Source: Thermofilum sp. (GTDB lineage: Archaea; Thermoproteota; Thermoprotei; Thermofilales; Thermofilaceae). Taken from it: a DNA stretch of 56,873 nt. The translations under genes and the position numbers were made by a program. Positions 9,432 through 19,098 of the stretch are shown here, piece after piece (within the stretch, counting starts at the first letter, position 1; every line of letters begins with the position of its first letter). The DNA lies in NCBI GenBank assembly GCA_020833575.1, contig JAJHRT010000001.1:1-56873 (forward strand). Direction: 5' to 3'. The notes below the pieces were generated by a model. The model saw only the letters and a program-made list of their open reading frames with translations, was not told the origin of the DNA and ran no database searches.

Positions 9432-10703
9432 ATGCCTGAAAACTTAGAGCTCGTTGAGGGGTGGGTTGTCAACGCCAGGGTCGTAGGCAGGATCGCCTTT
9501 CTCGAGGTGATAGACGACTTATCCCTTAAACCGGTCACAGTTGTTGTAAAGAGGGATGAGGTTCAGGACGAGGTCTGGAAGGCTGCTACTAGCATTAAGC
9601 TAGGGAGCGCGGTCAGAATCAGGGGGGTGAAGCCTGAGCGCGTTGTAAGCCGTAAAGGCAGGGAGCTGCATGCGCGGTTGCTCCAGGTGCTGGCAGAGCC
9701 TGTGGACTTGCTGCCCATAGACCCAACGGGAAAAACCCCCGCTAACCCTGAGGCATACATAAACTACAGGTACCTGGCGCTGAGGCTACCCAGGTACAGG
9801 GCAATCTTCCTCGCTCGGAGCCTGCTGATGAACTTGACCAGAGAGTACTTCTACTCGAGAGGCTTCCTGGAGGTCAACACTCCGAAGATCGTCGGGGCAG
9901 GGGCCGAGGGGGGCGCGACGCTCTTCGTGGTGGAGTACTTTGAGAGAAAGGCTTACCTCTCGCAGAGCCCCCAGCTCTACAAACAGATGCTGATGTGCGG
10001 TGTGCCCAGGGTCTTCGAGATAACTCCCTACTTTAGAGCTGAGAAGTTCAGCACTGTTAGGCACTTGAACGAGAGCTGGGGGCTAGATGTAGAGATGGGT
10101 TTCATCAACGGGCCTGAGGATGTGATGGACGTGCTAGACGACTACATCAGGTACGTCACGAGGAGGATTAACGAGGAGCTGGGCAGCACTTTAAGGGAGC
10201 AGGGCTTCGAGCTACTGCCTCCCGTGGAGAAGATACCCAGGTACACTTACCGCGAGGCAGTGGACATACTCAGGGGGTTGGGGTTCAACGTGAGGATGGG
10301 CGATGACCTCGATACTCAGGCGGAGAAGGCCCTCGGAGAGTACATGGAGAGGCAGGGTGTCTACGCGTACTTCATAACTGAGTACCCGTGGGAGGCGAAG
10401 CCTTTCTACATAATGAAGTCAGAGGGGGGCCTCAGCAAGTCGTTCGACTTGGACATACGGGGTATAGAGGTCGCGTCGGGTGGGCAGAGGGAACACCGCT
10501 ACGCGGAGCTGCTGGGTAACATGAGGGAGAAGGGTCTCAACGTGGAGGACTTCTCCTTCTACCTGGAGGCCTTCAAGTACGGGATGCCCCCTCACGGCGG
10601 CTTTGGCCTGGGTCTCGACAGGCTGCTTATGACGCTGCTGGGGTTGCCCAATATAAGGGAGGCTGTCCTCTTCCCGCGGGATAGGTTCAGGCTGGTTCCC
10701 TAG
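9432..10703 (+). CDS. aspS: Aspartate--tRNA ligase (archaeal type)
   Basis: OB anticodon domain, AEGGATLF, LSQSPQLYKQ, FRAE..RHLNE, YGMPPHGGFGLG, LFPRDR. Confidence 0.92.
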   Translation: MPENLELVEGWVVNARVVGRIAFLEVIDDLSLKPVTVVVKRDEVQDEVWKAATSIKLGSAVRIRGVKPERVVSRKGRELHARLLQVLAEPVDLLPIDPTGKTPANPEAYINYRYLALRLPRYRAIFLARSLLMNLTREYFYSRGFLEVNTPKIVGAGAEGGATLFVVEYFERKAYLSQSPQLYKQMLMCGVPRVFEITPYFRAEKFSTVRHLNESWGLDVEMGFINGPEDVMDVLDDYIRYVTRRINEELGSTLREQGFELLPPVEKIPRYTYREAVDILRGLGFNVRMGDDLDTQAEKALGEYMERQGVYAYFITEYPWEAKPFYIMKSEGGLSKSFDLDIRGIEVASGGQREHRYAELLGNMREKGLNVEDFSFYLEAFKYGMPPHGGFGLGLDRLLMTLLGLPNIREAVLFPRDRFRLVP

Positions 10704-10720
10704 TCTGCCAGTGATTCGTA

Positions 10721-11047
10721 ATGAGCGACCTCCTCCGAGCGAGGAAAGTCCTGGCTGCTGGGAGGGTTAAAAAAGTCAGCTTAGAGTGCAGGGGCGGTGA
10801 GGGTGCCTACATTTATGCAGTGCTGAGCGCGGATAGGAAGCGCTACTACGTGGTTATTCCAGGGCTTTACTGCTCATGCCCGGACTTTCTCTTCTCTGTA
10901 GTTCTCAGGGGTAGGAAGGATAAGTGCTACCACATGCTAGCAGTGGACTTAGCGCTGAAGGAGGGCGCGGCGCTGGAGGAGCTGTGCCTGTCTCGGGAAA
11001 AGTTCTTCGAAATGCTTCTCACATCGCTGGATTTCAGCACCGGGTGA
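10721..11047 (+). CDS. SWIM zinc-finger protein
   Basis: YCSCPDF...KCYH (CxC..CxH SWIM signature). Confidence 0.85.
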   Translation: MSDLLRARKVLAAGRVKKVSLECRGGEGAYIYAVLSADRKRYYVVIPGLYCSCPDFLFSVVLRGRKDKCYHMLAVDLALKEGAALEELCLSREKFFEMLLTSLDFSTG

Positions 11048-12444
11048 CGCGCGTGGACGAAGGGTACTCCGAGGAGCTGGTCTCGGAGATACTGCGCAAG
11101 CACCCTGGGATGACTAGGCAGGAGCTGGAGAGGCTTGTGGAGGAGAAGGTGCGGGAGTTCGGGGGCATAATCAGGAGGGATGCTGCGTTGCTCCTAGTCG
11201 CCAAGGAGCTGGGTGTGGCTGTACCCCGCGAGAAGATGCCCCGCTCGCTGTCCACTCTGAGAGTCAGAGATGTCGCAGCGGGCTTCCGGGGTGTTGATCT
11301 GGAGGGCTATGTGATCGAGAGGTCTTCCCTGGGCTTGACAAAGGAGGGCAAACCCTACCTTCGCTTCCTTTTCACAGACGGCGAGGACGCGATCCGAGCG
11401 GTAGCATGGGATGACGCCGCGAGGGCGGCGGCTGGCGTGAGCATTGGGGCACGTGTACTGCTCAGGAAGGTCTCTGTGACTCAGAGGCGGGGGAGGCTTG
11501 AGGTCGTTCTTGGGAGGGGTTCGTCGCTGGAGGTCAGGGAACCCCCTAGCCTACACTCTCTGAGCGAGCTGCTATCGCGATTTAAGGCGAGGACAGAGGT
11601 CCTGGAGGTCAGGAAGGTCTTCAGGGAGGCTGAGAGGACTGTCCTCTTTTGCGTTGACAGGAGATGCAATCCTGTCTGCCTAGTGCTGCCCCCAGATGCA
11701 GAGGTGCCGGAGGGCAGCTTTGTCCTGTCCAACTTCTCCGAGGAGCGCTTCAGAGGGCTTAGGGTCTTGAAATGCGGGAGAGATTGCTTCCTGGAAGCGC
11801 TGAAGGAGCACGCCGGCGAATGCCCCCCTACCGCGCTGCAGGACCTCGTCGTTAAGGGGCAGGTCGCCGGCTATCTGCTCTTCGGGAAGCCTGGTGGTAG
11901 GCTCTTCCTACTCACCGAGGGTTGGCAGCTGCTGGACTTAGCCATGTTCTCCGACGCTTACCTGCCCAGCGTGAAAAGTTTCCTTGGCAGGGCAGTCGAG
12001 CTATGGGGTGTCACGCGCGGGAAGACAGGCTTAGTTGCATCGCAGTTTCTACAGTTTCAACTCCTGGAGGAGCAGGTGCGCATGCCCGAGTTCCACTATA
12101 CTGAGAAGCCTCTGCTCGCTGCTACTGGACCGATATCCGTCAGAGTCACGCTGATCTCACTGAAGCTGAGAAGCAAGTGCCTTGGCGGAGAGCCTCTCTT
12201 CCACCTCCTGGCGCTTGTAGACGATGGAACAGCGAGCGTTCAAGCCCTCTCGAATAGCCCAGGCGTTCTGCGCGAGTTGTATAGTATCGAGGAGGGCGAC
12301 CTCTGCGAGATGAGCAGCGAGGTTATTGGAAAAATATCAGACTATGTTTCTAGCGAGCTGCGCGGAGCAGACTTGTACCTCGAGGGCTTGCTGGTGGGCG
12401 CTGTGAACAAGCTGCTGCTCATCCATAGGGTTAAGGTGCTCTAG
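11044..12444 (+). CDS. RPA/SSB-like multi-OB-fold protein with DUF2240-like helical N-terminus
   Basis: GTG overlaps the SWIM stop (GTGA); N-terminal ELERLVEEKVREFGGII..AALLLVAKELGV; OB motifs FTDGEDAIRAVAWD and VDDGTASV. Confidence 0.7.
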   Translation: MTRVDEGYSEELVSEILRKHPGMTRQELERLVEEKVREFGGIIRRDAALLLVAKELGVAVPREKMPRSLSTLRVRDVAAGFRGVDLEGYVIERSSLGLTKEGKPYLRFLFTDGEDAIRAVAWDDAARAAAGVSIGARVLLRKVSVTQRRGRLEVVLGRGSSLEVREPPSLHSLSELLSRFKARTEVLEVRKVFREAERTVLFCVDRRCNPVCLVLPPDAEVPEGSFVLSNFSEERFRGLRVLKCGRDCFLEALKEHAGECPPTALQDLVVKGQVAGYLLFGKPGGRLFLLTEGWQLLDLAMFSDAYLPSVKSFLGRAVELWGVTRGKTGLVASQFLQFQLLEEQVRMPEFHYTEKPLLAATGPISVRVTLISLKLRSKCLGGEPLFHLLALVDDGTASVQALSNSPGVLRELYSIEEGDLCEMSSEVIGKISDYVSSELRGADLYLEGLLVGAVNKLLLIHRVKVL

Positions 12445-12516
12445 TGCTCACCAGGCGCGTCTCTGGCGCGCTGTGTAAATATAGGGGGTGCGAGCTACAG
12501 CCCTCAGCGAGAGGTC

Positions 12517-12819
12517 ATGGGGAGGAGGAGGCGGAAACGTGCGCGTGTACGTGTAGTTCCCAAGCGGAAGCTCCCCACGATATTCGAGTGCCCCTCGTGC
12601 GGTGCTACGGCAGTCTCGGTCTCCATCTCTAAGGGGAAGGAGAAGGTTGTGAGGGTTGTCTGTTCCAACTGTCACCTAATGGGGGTTTACGAGTACAACC
12701 CTTACCTCTCGCCCGTGGACTACTTCAGCAAGTTCCTGGACGAGTACGAGGAGGGCAGGCTGTCCCAGGCCACGTTGGGGGAGGGCGATGAGGGCGGAGA
12801 AGAGGATGGGGAGAGTTAA
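12517..12819 (+). CDS. elf1: Transcription elongation factor Elf1 homolog
   Basis: MGRRRRK, LPTIFECPSC, CSNC, PVDYFSKFLD, acidic tail. Confidence 0.9.
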   Translation: MGRRRRKRARVRVVPKRKLPTIFECPSCGATAVSVSISKGKEKVVRVVCSNCHLMGVYEYNPYLSPVDYFSKFLDEYEEGRLSQATLGEGDEGGEEDGES

Positions 12820-13576
12820 GGAGTACATCCTAAGGGAGATCCAGGAAAAGAAGACGATTCACATGACGCTCCTCGACCCTGACAGAGTCGGGCCGGAGGA
12901 GGCAGCTGAGGTTGCGAGCAAGGCGTACCAGGCGGGCACATCCGCGATCATGGTTGGAGGCAGCATAGGAGTCTCGGAGGGCATGACGGATGAGATCGTC
13001 CTCTCAGTCAAGAAGCGCGTGCCCATACCTGTTATCCTCTTCCCAGGGTCTCCCACCGCGCTGAGCCGCTACGCCGATGCGGTCTGGTTCATATCCGTTC
13101 TGAACTCGCAAAACCCCTACTTCATCACAGGAGCGCAGATGCAGGGAGCACCCATAGTCAAGCGCTATGGTCTCGAGGCGATCTCGCTCGGGTACATAAT
13201 CGTCGGGTGGGGCGGCGCGGTGTCCATAGTTAGCTACACTCGCCCGCTCCCCTTCGCGAAGCCCGAGATTGCAGCAGCCTACGCACTGGCTGCGGAGTAT
13301 ATGGGCTTTGAGTTCGTGTACTTGGAGGGGGGATCCGGAGGGAAGCCCGTACCGCCCAGCGTGGTTCGCGCCGTGAAGAGAACAGTATCCCTCCCAGTGA
13401 TCGTGGGTGGCGGCATACGCAAGCCCTCCACAGCCAGAGCTCTAGCGAAGGCAGGTGCGGACATAATAGTCACGGGGACGATTACGGAGGAGGCCGGGGA
13501 TGTGTATTCCGCCATCAAAAGCATAATAGAGGGTATCCAGCAGGGAGTGAAGGAGCGGGAGCTCAGCGCGGTGTGA
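12806..13576 (+). CDS. Geranylgeranylglyceryl phosphate synthase
   Basis: TLLDPD, MVGGS, PVILFPG, YLEGGSG, VIVGGGIR, GADIIVTG. Confidence 0.93.
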   Translation: MGRVKEYILREIQEKKTIHMTLLDPDRVGPEEAAEVASKAYQAGTSAIMVGGSIGVSEGMTDEIVLSVKKRVPIPVILFPGSPTALSRYADAVWFISVLNSQNPYFITGAQMQGAPIVKRYGLEAISLGYIIVGWGGAVSIVSYTRPLPFAKPEIAAAYALAAEYMGFEFVYLEGGSGGKPVPPSVVRAVKRTVSLPVIVGGGIRKPSTARALAKAGADIIVTGTITEEAGDVYSAIKSIIEGIQQGVKERELSAV

Positions 13577-13757
13577 AAAGCCCTAGGTGCGCTAGTACCA
13601 CCAGGAGTGACAGAAGGAAGGCGCTTAAGACGACGATCTCAGGTCTTACCTTGATGCCCCCAATGTCCTCTTCGTAGAACGTGAGGAGCCCAGCTGCCGG
13701 CAGTGTGGTGGGTCTCCTCTCCTTCTCTCCTCCCCTCTTAGTCCTGCTCTTCGACAT
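13563..13757 (-). CDS. secG: Preprotein translocase subunit Sec61beta
   Basis: AAGLLTFYEED..IKVRP followed by one TM helix. Confidence 0.92.
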   Translation of the reverse strand: MSKSRTKRGGEKERRPTTLPAAGLLTFYEEDIGGIKVRPEIVVLSAFLLSLLVVLAHLGLFTPR

Positions 13758-13857
13758 ACCTTAGGCATGCTACCGAGGCTCCAGAAAAGGTTTTCTGCAG
13801 CGCAGCATGTAGAGAAGGCTTTTTTATGAATCTCATAGAGCAGGGTTGGGCGTTTCC

Positions 13858-14955
13858 ATGGTAGAGCTTATCACGTTCGTCACGGGGATCAGCGGGAGTG
13901 GGCGCTTAGACCTGCTTAACGAGGTACAGAAGCTGAACCCGCAGCTCCACGTGATCGACGTGGGAACTCGAATGCACAGGAAGTCGGAGGAGCTAGGCGT
14001 ACAAATCCCAGAGGGCAAGATTCTCGACATGGACCCGCTAGCCCTGGACTACCTCCGGGCGGTCACATTCGAGGATATCCTGAGGGAGATCGAGGGATCG
14101 AGCTACGAGGTCGTGGCGATAAGTACTCATGTGTGCTTTAGGTGGAAGAAGCACCTGATGCAAGCCTTCAACTTCTACTATGTGAATAGACTAAACCCAG
14201 ATGTCTACGTGAACGTAATTGACAACGCGCATAACATCTACGCTAGGCTGAGCGCTAGCAAGGCGTGGAGGGGCAGGCTGTCGATTAAGGACATCTTGGT
14301 TTGGCGCGACGAGGAGTTCTTCATAACGAAAATGCTCGCCGACTACAAGAGAAAGCCATGCTACATCTTCCCCCGCCGCGAAGACCCCTCGATGCTCGCT
14401 AGGATACTCTTTGATGTGGAGAAGGCTTCAAAGGAGGGCAAGAGGCCCCTGAGGAAGGCCTACCTGAGCTACCCTATCACCCACGTGAAAGGGGATGAGC
14501 GCTTCTTCGAAGAGAAGGAGGAGATTAAAAGGAGGCTCAAGGACGCAGGCATAGTGGTTTTCGACCCGATCTCGATAGAGGACTCGATGCTCATAGACCT
14601 CGCGCTGAGGGCTAAGGAGGCCGGCAAGGACTACGTGGAGCTGCAGGAAGACGGGGTGGAAGTTAGGCTGAGTGTGCAGGACCTCCTCTCCGCGGTGGAG
14701 GACATTCGTGACCAGATAGTAGCGAGGGACTACCAGCTGATAAACCAGAGCGACATGATCGTGGTCTTCTACCCTGTGAGGGTTCTGTCCCCTGGCGTGC
14801 TCAGCGAGGTGAAGTACGGCTACACGCACAACAAGAATGTGTACGCATTATTCCCGCACGAGAATGCCAGTCCCTTCTTCGAGTACTACACAACTAGGAT
14901 CTTCAAGGACGTTGACTCCCTGTTGGACTACCTGAAGGAGGGGGGTGCGCTGTGA
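13858..14955 (+). CDS. Archaeal adenylate-kinase-like P-loop domain fused to nucleoside 2-deoxyribosyltransferase-like domain
   Basis: VTGISGSGR, ISTH, LNPDVYV; C-terminal AYLSYP, VVFDP, RDYQLINQSD, SPGVLSEVKYGY. Confidence 0.7.
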   Translation: MVELITFVTGISGSGRLDLLNEVQKLNPQLHVIDVGTRMHRKSEELGVQIPEGKILDMDPLALDYLRAVTFEDILREIEGSSYEVVAISTHVCFRWKKHLMQAFNFYYVNRLNPDVYVNVIDNAHNIYARLSASKAWRGRLSIKDILVWRDEEFFITKMLADYKRKPCYIFPRREDPSMLARILFDVEKASKEGKRPLRKAYLSYPITHVKGDERFFEEKEEIKRRLKDAGIVVFDPISIEDSMLIDLALRAKEAGKDYVELQEDGVEVRLSVQDLLSAVEDIRDQIVARDYQLINQSDMIVVFYPVRVLSPGVLSEVKYGYTHNKNVYALFPHENASPFFEYYTTRIFKDVDSLLDYLKEGGAL

Positions 14956-16007
14956 GCCTGGAAGAGAGGGGTCTCGAGGTCAGAGCGGTAACCCTTCACG
15001 TTAACTCGAACAACCCTCGAGCTGAGGACCGCTTGGCTGAGCTTGCGGAGAGCCTGAAAGCCTTCGCCCAGGAGACAGGGCTTCGCATCAGGAGCAAGAG
15101 GGTGGTGACGGAGCCTGTCCCTCCGAAGGAGCTTCCGAGGGTTGCTGAGAGCGTAAGCGTGATGGCCGCGAGCGCGGGCTTCGACTACGTTGCTGTACCC
15201 TTGGCTGAAGCACCGGAGCCTCGTGAACTCGTGGATGTGATGGTGAGCTACGAGAGGCTCTACACCTCGCTAGAGTATAACTCGGCGAGAGCCGAAGAGA
15301 TAGCTGCTCTGCTGAGATCCATCTCGGAGGCTGCACCCATCCTGGGTACGCGCTTCGCAGTAAGCTTCGGCGAGAGGCTCCAAACGCCCTACTTCCCGGC
15401 CACCGTCACGCGTGAGGAGGGGGTCACGCTCAGCCTCCTGTACGTGAGGATGTTCAAGGAGAATCTTAGGCGCTTAGAGAACCTCTGGAGAGCGCTGAAA
15501 ACACTGGAGGAAGCATCCCTGAAGACGCTGCCAGGCTTCCTCGGCGCAGACCTCTCGCTGTCGCCCTGGATGGAGGAGAGCGTTGCAGAGCTCATTGAGG
15601 GCATGACGGGCTCTGTCTTCGCGTCGCCTGGAACTATCTCAGCAATAAAGCTGCTCAACGACACCATAGCCGGGCTGGCTGAGAGGCTCAGGGCAGTGGG
15701 CTTCAACGAGGTTATGCTCCCCCTCGCCGAGGACAACAGGCTGAAAGAGCTAGCAGCACTGGGGCACCTGAGGCTGAGCCACCTGCTATCTTACGCCCAC
15801 GTCTGCGTCGCCGGGCTCGACATGGTTGTGATCCCCGATGAGGTGGAGCTCAAGGTTCTGACGGGGCTGCTCCGAGACCTCGAAGCAATACATTCCATGA
15901 AGCGGAGAACACTAGGGCTCAGGCTGGTCCTCGCTCCAGCCGAAGAGGGCGACGAGATTCAGCTGGGGATGTTCGGCAAAGTCCCAGTAATAAGCCCCCT
16001 AGAGTGA
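14952..16007 (+). CDS. DUF711 family protein
   Basis: RFAVSFG..TPYFPA, D.SLSPW, GFNEVMLPLAEDNRL, VCVAGLDMV. Confidence 0.8.
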   Translation: MSLEERGLEVRAVTLHVNSNNPRAEDRLAELAESLKAFAQETGLRIRSKRVVTEPVPPKELPRVAESVSVMAASAGFDYVAVPLAEAPEPRELVDVMVSYERLYTSLEYNSARAEEIAALLRSISEAAPILGTRFAVSFGERLQTPYFPATVTREEGVTLSLLYVRMFKENLRRLENLWRALKTLEEASLKTLPGFLGADLSLSPWMEESVAELIEGMTGSVFASPGTISAIKLLNDTIAGLAERLRAVGFNEVMLPLAEDNRLKELAALGHLRLSHLLSYAHVCVAGLDMVVIPDEVELKVLTGLLRDLEAIHSMKRRTLGLRLVLAPAEEGDEIQLGMFGKVPVISPLE

Positions 16008-16058
16008 GCGCTCAACCGCGAAAACTTAAAAGGCTAGGATCGCAAAGAACTCCCCAGC

Positions 16059-16185
16059 GCCGGGGTGGCCGAGCGTGGTTAAGAGGTGCGCACCACACAT
16101 TTGCGCGGTGCGCGCCTAACGAGCGGCGGATTGCTAATCCGCTGCCCGAGAGGGCGCCCGGGTTCAAGTCCCGGCCCCGGCGCCA
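16059..16185 (+). tRNA. tRNA-Ser(GCT) with 39-nt intron at 23/24 (16084-16122), encoded CCA
   Basis: Acceptor GCCGGGG/CCCCGGC, anticodon arm GCGGA-TTGCTAA-TCCGC, long variable arm GCCC-GAGA-GGGC, T arm CCGGG-TTCAAGT-CCCGG; BHB helix GTTA/TAAC with bulges AGA and GAG. Confidence 0.93.
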
Positions 16186-16270
16186 CTTGCAGCGTCTCCG
16201 ATCCTCTCGCGCTAGGGTAGCAGTAAATTTATAACAGCACGGCTCTAGTCGTGGCTGGAGTGAGAAGGAC

Positions 16271-17572
16271 ATGTCCCAGAAGAAGCCGCACCTAAACCTG
16301 GTGGTGATAGGGCACATAGACCACGGCAAGAGCACACTGATGGGCAGACTCCTTTACGAGATAGGCGCCGTAGACCCTAGGCTAATACAGCAGTACGAGG
16401 AAGAGGCAAAGAAGATAGGTAAAGAGACCTTCAAGTACGCGTGGGTTCTGGACAGGCTGAAGGAGGAGCGTGAGAGGGGTATTACCATCGACCTCGGGTT
16501 CTACAAGTTCGAGACTCCTAAGTACTTCTTCACGCTGATCGATGCTCCCGGGCACAGGGACTTCGTTAAGAACATGATAACAGGTGCCAGCCAGGCCGAC
16601 GTGGCCTTGCTCGTCGTGTCAGCGAAGGAGGGTGAGTTTGAGGCAGGCATCAGCCCTGCTGGCCAGACTAGGGAGCACGTGTTCCTGGCTAAGACGATGG
16701 GCATAGACCAGCTCCTGGTGGCTGTGAACAAGATGGACACTGTGAACTACAGCCAGCAGAGGTACGAGGAGATAAAGACGCAGCTATCCAGGCTCCTGAG
16801 AATAGTCGGGTACAAGCCTGAGGAAATCCTCTTCGTGCCGACCTCCGCCTGGGAGGGTGTCAACGTCAGCAAGAGGAGCCCTGACAAGACGCCTTGGTAC
16901 AACGGCCCCTGCCTTTACGAGGCTTTCGACTACTTCAAGGAGCCTCCAAGGCCCATTGACAAGCCGCTGCGGATACCCATACAGGACGTCTACTCCATCA
17001 AGGGCGTTGGCACGGTTCCGGTAGGGCGCGTCGAGACTGGAGTGCTTAGAGTCGGCGATAAGGTGATCATCAACCCGCCGAAGGTGATCGGAGAGGTAAA
17101 GTCCATTGAGACTCACCACACACCGCTCCAGGAGGCCATACCCGGCGATAACATCGGCTTCAACGTGAAGGGCGTCGAGAAGAGCCAGATAAGGAGGGGA
17201 GACGTGGCTGGGCACCCCGACAACCCACCCACGGTTGCGGAGGAGTTCGTGGGCCGCATCTTCGTGATCTACCACCCGACAGCCATCGCGGCTGGGTACA
17301 CGCCGGTGCTCCACATACACACGGCCACCGTTCCTGTAACCTTCGCAGAACTTATACACAAGCTTGACCCTAGAACCGGCAGCGTTCAGGAGGAGAACCC
17401 GCAGTACATCAAGCAGGGCGACTCAGCCGTGGTCAGGTTCAAGCCGAGGAAGCCCGTCGTCGTCGAGAAGTTCTCCGAAATACCGCAGCTCGGGAGGTTC
17501 GCTATAAGGGACTCTGGCAGGACCATCGCCGCAGGTGTGGTAATCGACGTCAAGAAAGCCGAGGGCTATTAG
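16271..17572 (+). CDS. tuf: Elongation factor 1-alpha
   Basis: GHIDHGKST, ERERGITID, DAPGHRDFVKNMITG, NKMD. Confidence 0.99.
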   Translation: MSQKKPHLNLVVIGHIDHGKSTLMGRLLYEIGAVDPRLIQQYEEEAKKIGKETFKYAWVLDRLKEERERGITIDLGFYKFETPKYFFTLIDAPGHRDFVKNMITGASQADVALLVVSAKEGEFEAGISPAGQTREHVFLAKTMGIDQLLVAVNKMDTVNYSQQRYEEIKTQLSRLLRIVGYKPEEILFVPTSAWEGVNVSKRSPDKTPWYNGPCLYEAFDYFKEPPRPIDKPLRIPIQDVYSIKGVGTVPVGRVETGVLRVGDKVIINPPKVIGEVKSIETHHTPLQEAIPGDNIGFNVKGVEKSQIRRGDVAGHPDNPPTVAEEFVGRIFVIYHPTAIAAGYTPVLHIHTATVPVTFAELIHKLDPRTGSVQEENPQYIKQGDSAVVRFKPRKPVVVEKFSEIPQLGRFAIRDSGRTIAAGVVIDVKKAEGY

Positions 17573-17634
17573 GAGTACAGCTGAAAAAAGGAAGGTTTTA
17601 ATACTGCATTTTTCTCGTCAGAGGGGTTTTCGCC

Positions 17635-17943
17635 ATGCCGGGCAAGATCAGGATCAAGCTGACGAGCACCTCGATCGAGGACCTGAACGCTGTGTGTGAG
17701 GAGATCAAGGAGATAGCCCGCCGTACAGGTGTGAATATCCGGGGCCCCATACCGCTCCCCGTGGAGCGCTTGAAGGTGGTTACCAGGAGGGCGCCGTCAG
17801 GCCAGGGCTACGAGACCTTTGACAGGTTCGAGTTAAGGATACACAAGAGGCTGATAGACATGGACGCCGACGAGCGCGCAACAAGGCTGCTCATGCGCAC
17901 AAGAGTCCCCCCAACCGTGCGGATAGAGATAAGAGTAGTTTAG
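17635..17943 (+). CDS. rps10: 30S ribosomal protein S10
   Basis: RGPIPLP, RIHKRLID; follows tuf. Confidence 0.97.
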   Translation: MPGKIRIKLTSTSIEDLNAVCEEIKEIARRTGVNIRGPIPLPVERLKVVTRRAPSGQGYETFDRFELRIHKRLIDMDADERATRLLMRTRVPPTVRIEIRVV

Positions 17944-17996
17944 CGCGTGCGAGACGAGAAAAAGCTTATTTGGCCCCTAGAAGGCCCTTTTCCCGA

Positions 17997-18093
<97 letters not shown>

Positions 18094-18202
18094 TTCCTCA
18101 GCACGTTACTCGTTGCCCTTCTAGAGCGTGCCCGCCGGTCGCCTTTTAGGTCGCATCTGCGAGGCGCGAGTAATATATTCTTGTAGGAGAAGGAGACACT
18201 CG

Positions 18203-19036
18203 ATGAGGTTGGGCGCGGTGCTCAAGCTGATCCGCGTGGAGCACGGTGTGATGCTAAGCGTGGCTGTGCTGGCAGGTGCCCTGACGGTGGGATTCCCGGA
18301 TCCTCTGAGGGTTTTTCTGGCGTGCCTGGCCGCCTTCCTGCTGGAGGCTGCGCTCTTCACAGGCAACGACATTATGAATATCGAGGAGGACAGGCTCAAC
18401 AGGCCCGATCGCCCGCTCGTCAGAGGGGATCTTAGCCTGAGACAGGCGTGGTTTCTCGTGGTTTTCTGCAGTTCGGTGGGGCTGGCCATATCCGCCTACC
18501 TGGGCGCGGGCCCCCTCATGCTCGCAGTCCTTGCCCTTTTACTGGGCTTCCTGTACAACGCCTACGTGAAGCGGCTGGCTTTCTTTGGCAACATCGTTGT
18601 TTCGCTGCTGACAGCAAGCGCTTTCCTCTACGGCTCTCTGAGCATGTTCGTGCTCACGGATAAAGCACTAGTCTTTGCTGTGATAGCGCTGACAGCAAAC
18701 ATAAGCAGGGAGGTTATCAAGGGCATAAGGGACCTGCCAGGTGACATCAAGGCGGGGATCTGCACACTACCCTGCGAGATCGGTGAAAGGAGCTCCGCAG
18801 TGGTTGCAGCGATATTTACAGCTCTCGCGATTGCGCTGAGCATAGCGGCTATTCCTCTCTTCACACCGGTCTACACAGCCCTGATACTAGTGACAGACCT
18901 GCTTTTCGCGTACTCTGCCGCTATAGTTGTTTGGAAGCCCTGCGTCGAGACTGCCGAGAAGGCTCGGAAGCTAACTCTAGCTGGCATGCTCACGGCGATT
19001 CTCGCTCTGCTAGCCTCACAGCTTCACACACTCTAG
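18203..19036 (+). CDS. Digeranylgeranylglyceryl phosphate synthase (UbiA family)
   Basis: NDIMNIEEDRLNRPDRPL, YN..KR..GN, REVIKGIRDLPGD; multiple TM helices. Confidence 0.88.
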   Translation: MRLGAVLKLIRVEHGVMLSVAVLAGALTVGFPDPLRVFLACLAAFLLEAALFTGNDIMNIEEDRLNRPDRPLVRGDLSLRQAWFLVVFCSSVGLAISAYLGAGPLMLAVLALLLGFLYNAYVKRLAFFGNIVVSLLTASAFLYGSLSMFVLTDKALVFAVIALTANISREVIKGIRDLPGDIKAGICTLPCEIGERSSAVVAAIFTALAIALSIAAIPLFTPVYTALILVTDLLFAYSAAIVVWKPCVETAEKARKLTLAGMLTAILALLASQLHTL

Positions 19037-19098
19037 CACGCGCGTTGGAGCCGAAAGGGTAATTAGGAACGATGCTCGGAGAGGGGGCGGCACCGGCT

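Noticed and set aside
10924-11043. Upstream extension of the OB-fold ORF
   Set aside because: Overlaps the SWIM gene; GTG 11044 gives a typical 4-nt overlap
16004-16234. 76-aa ORF
   Set aside because: Overlaps tRNA-Ser
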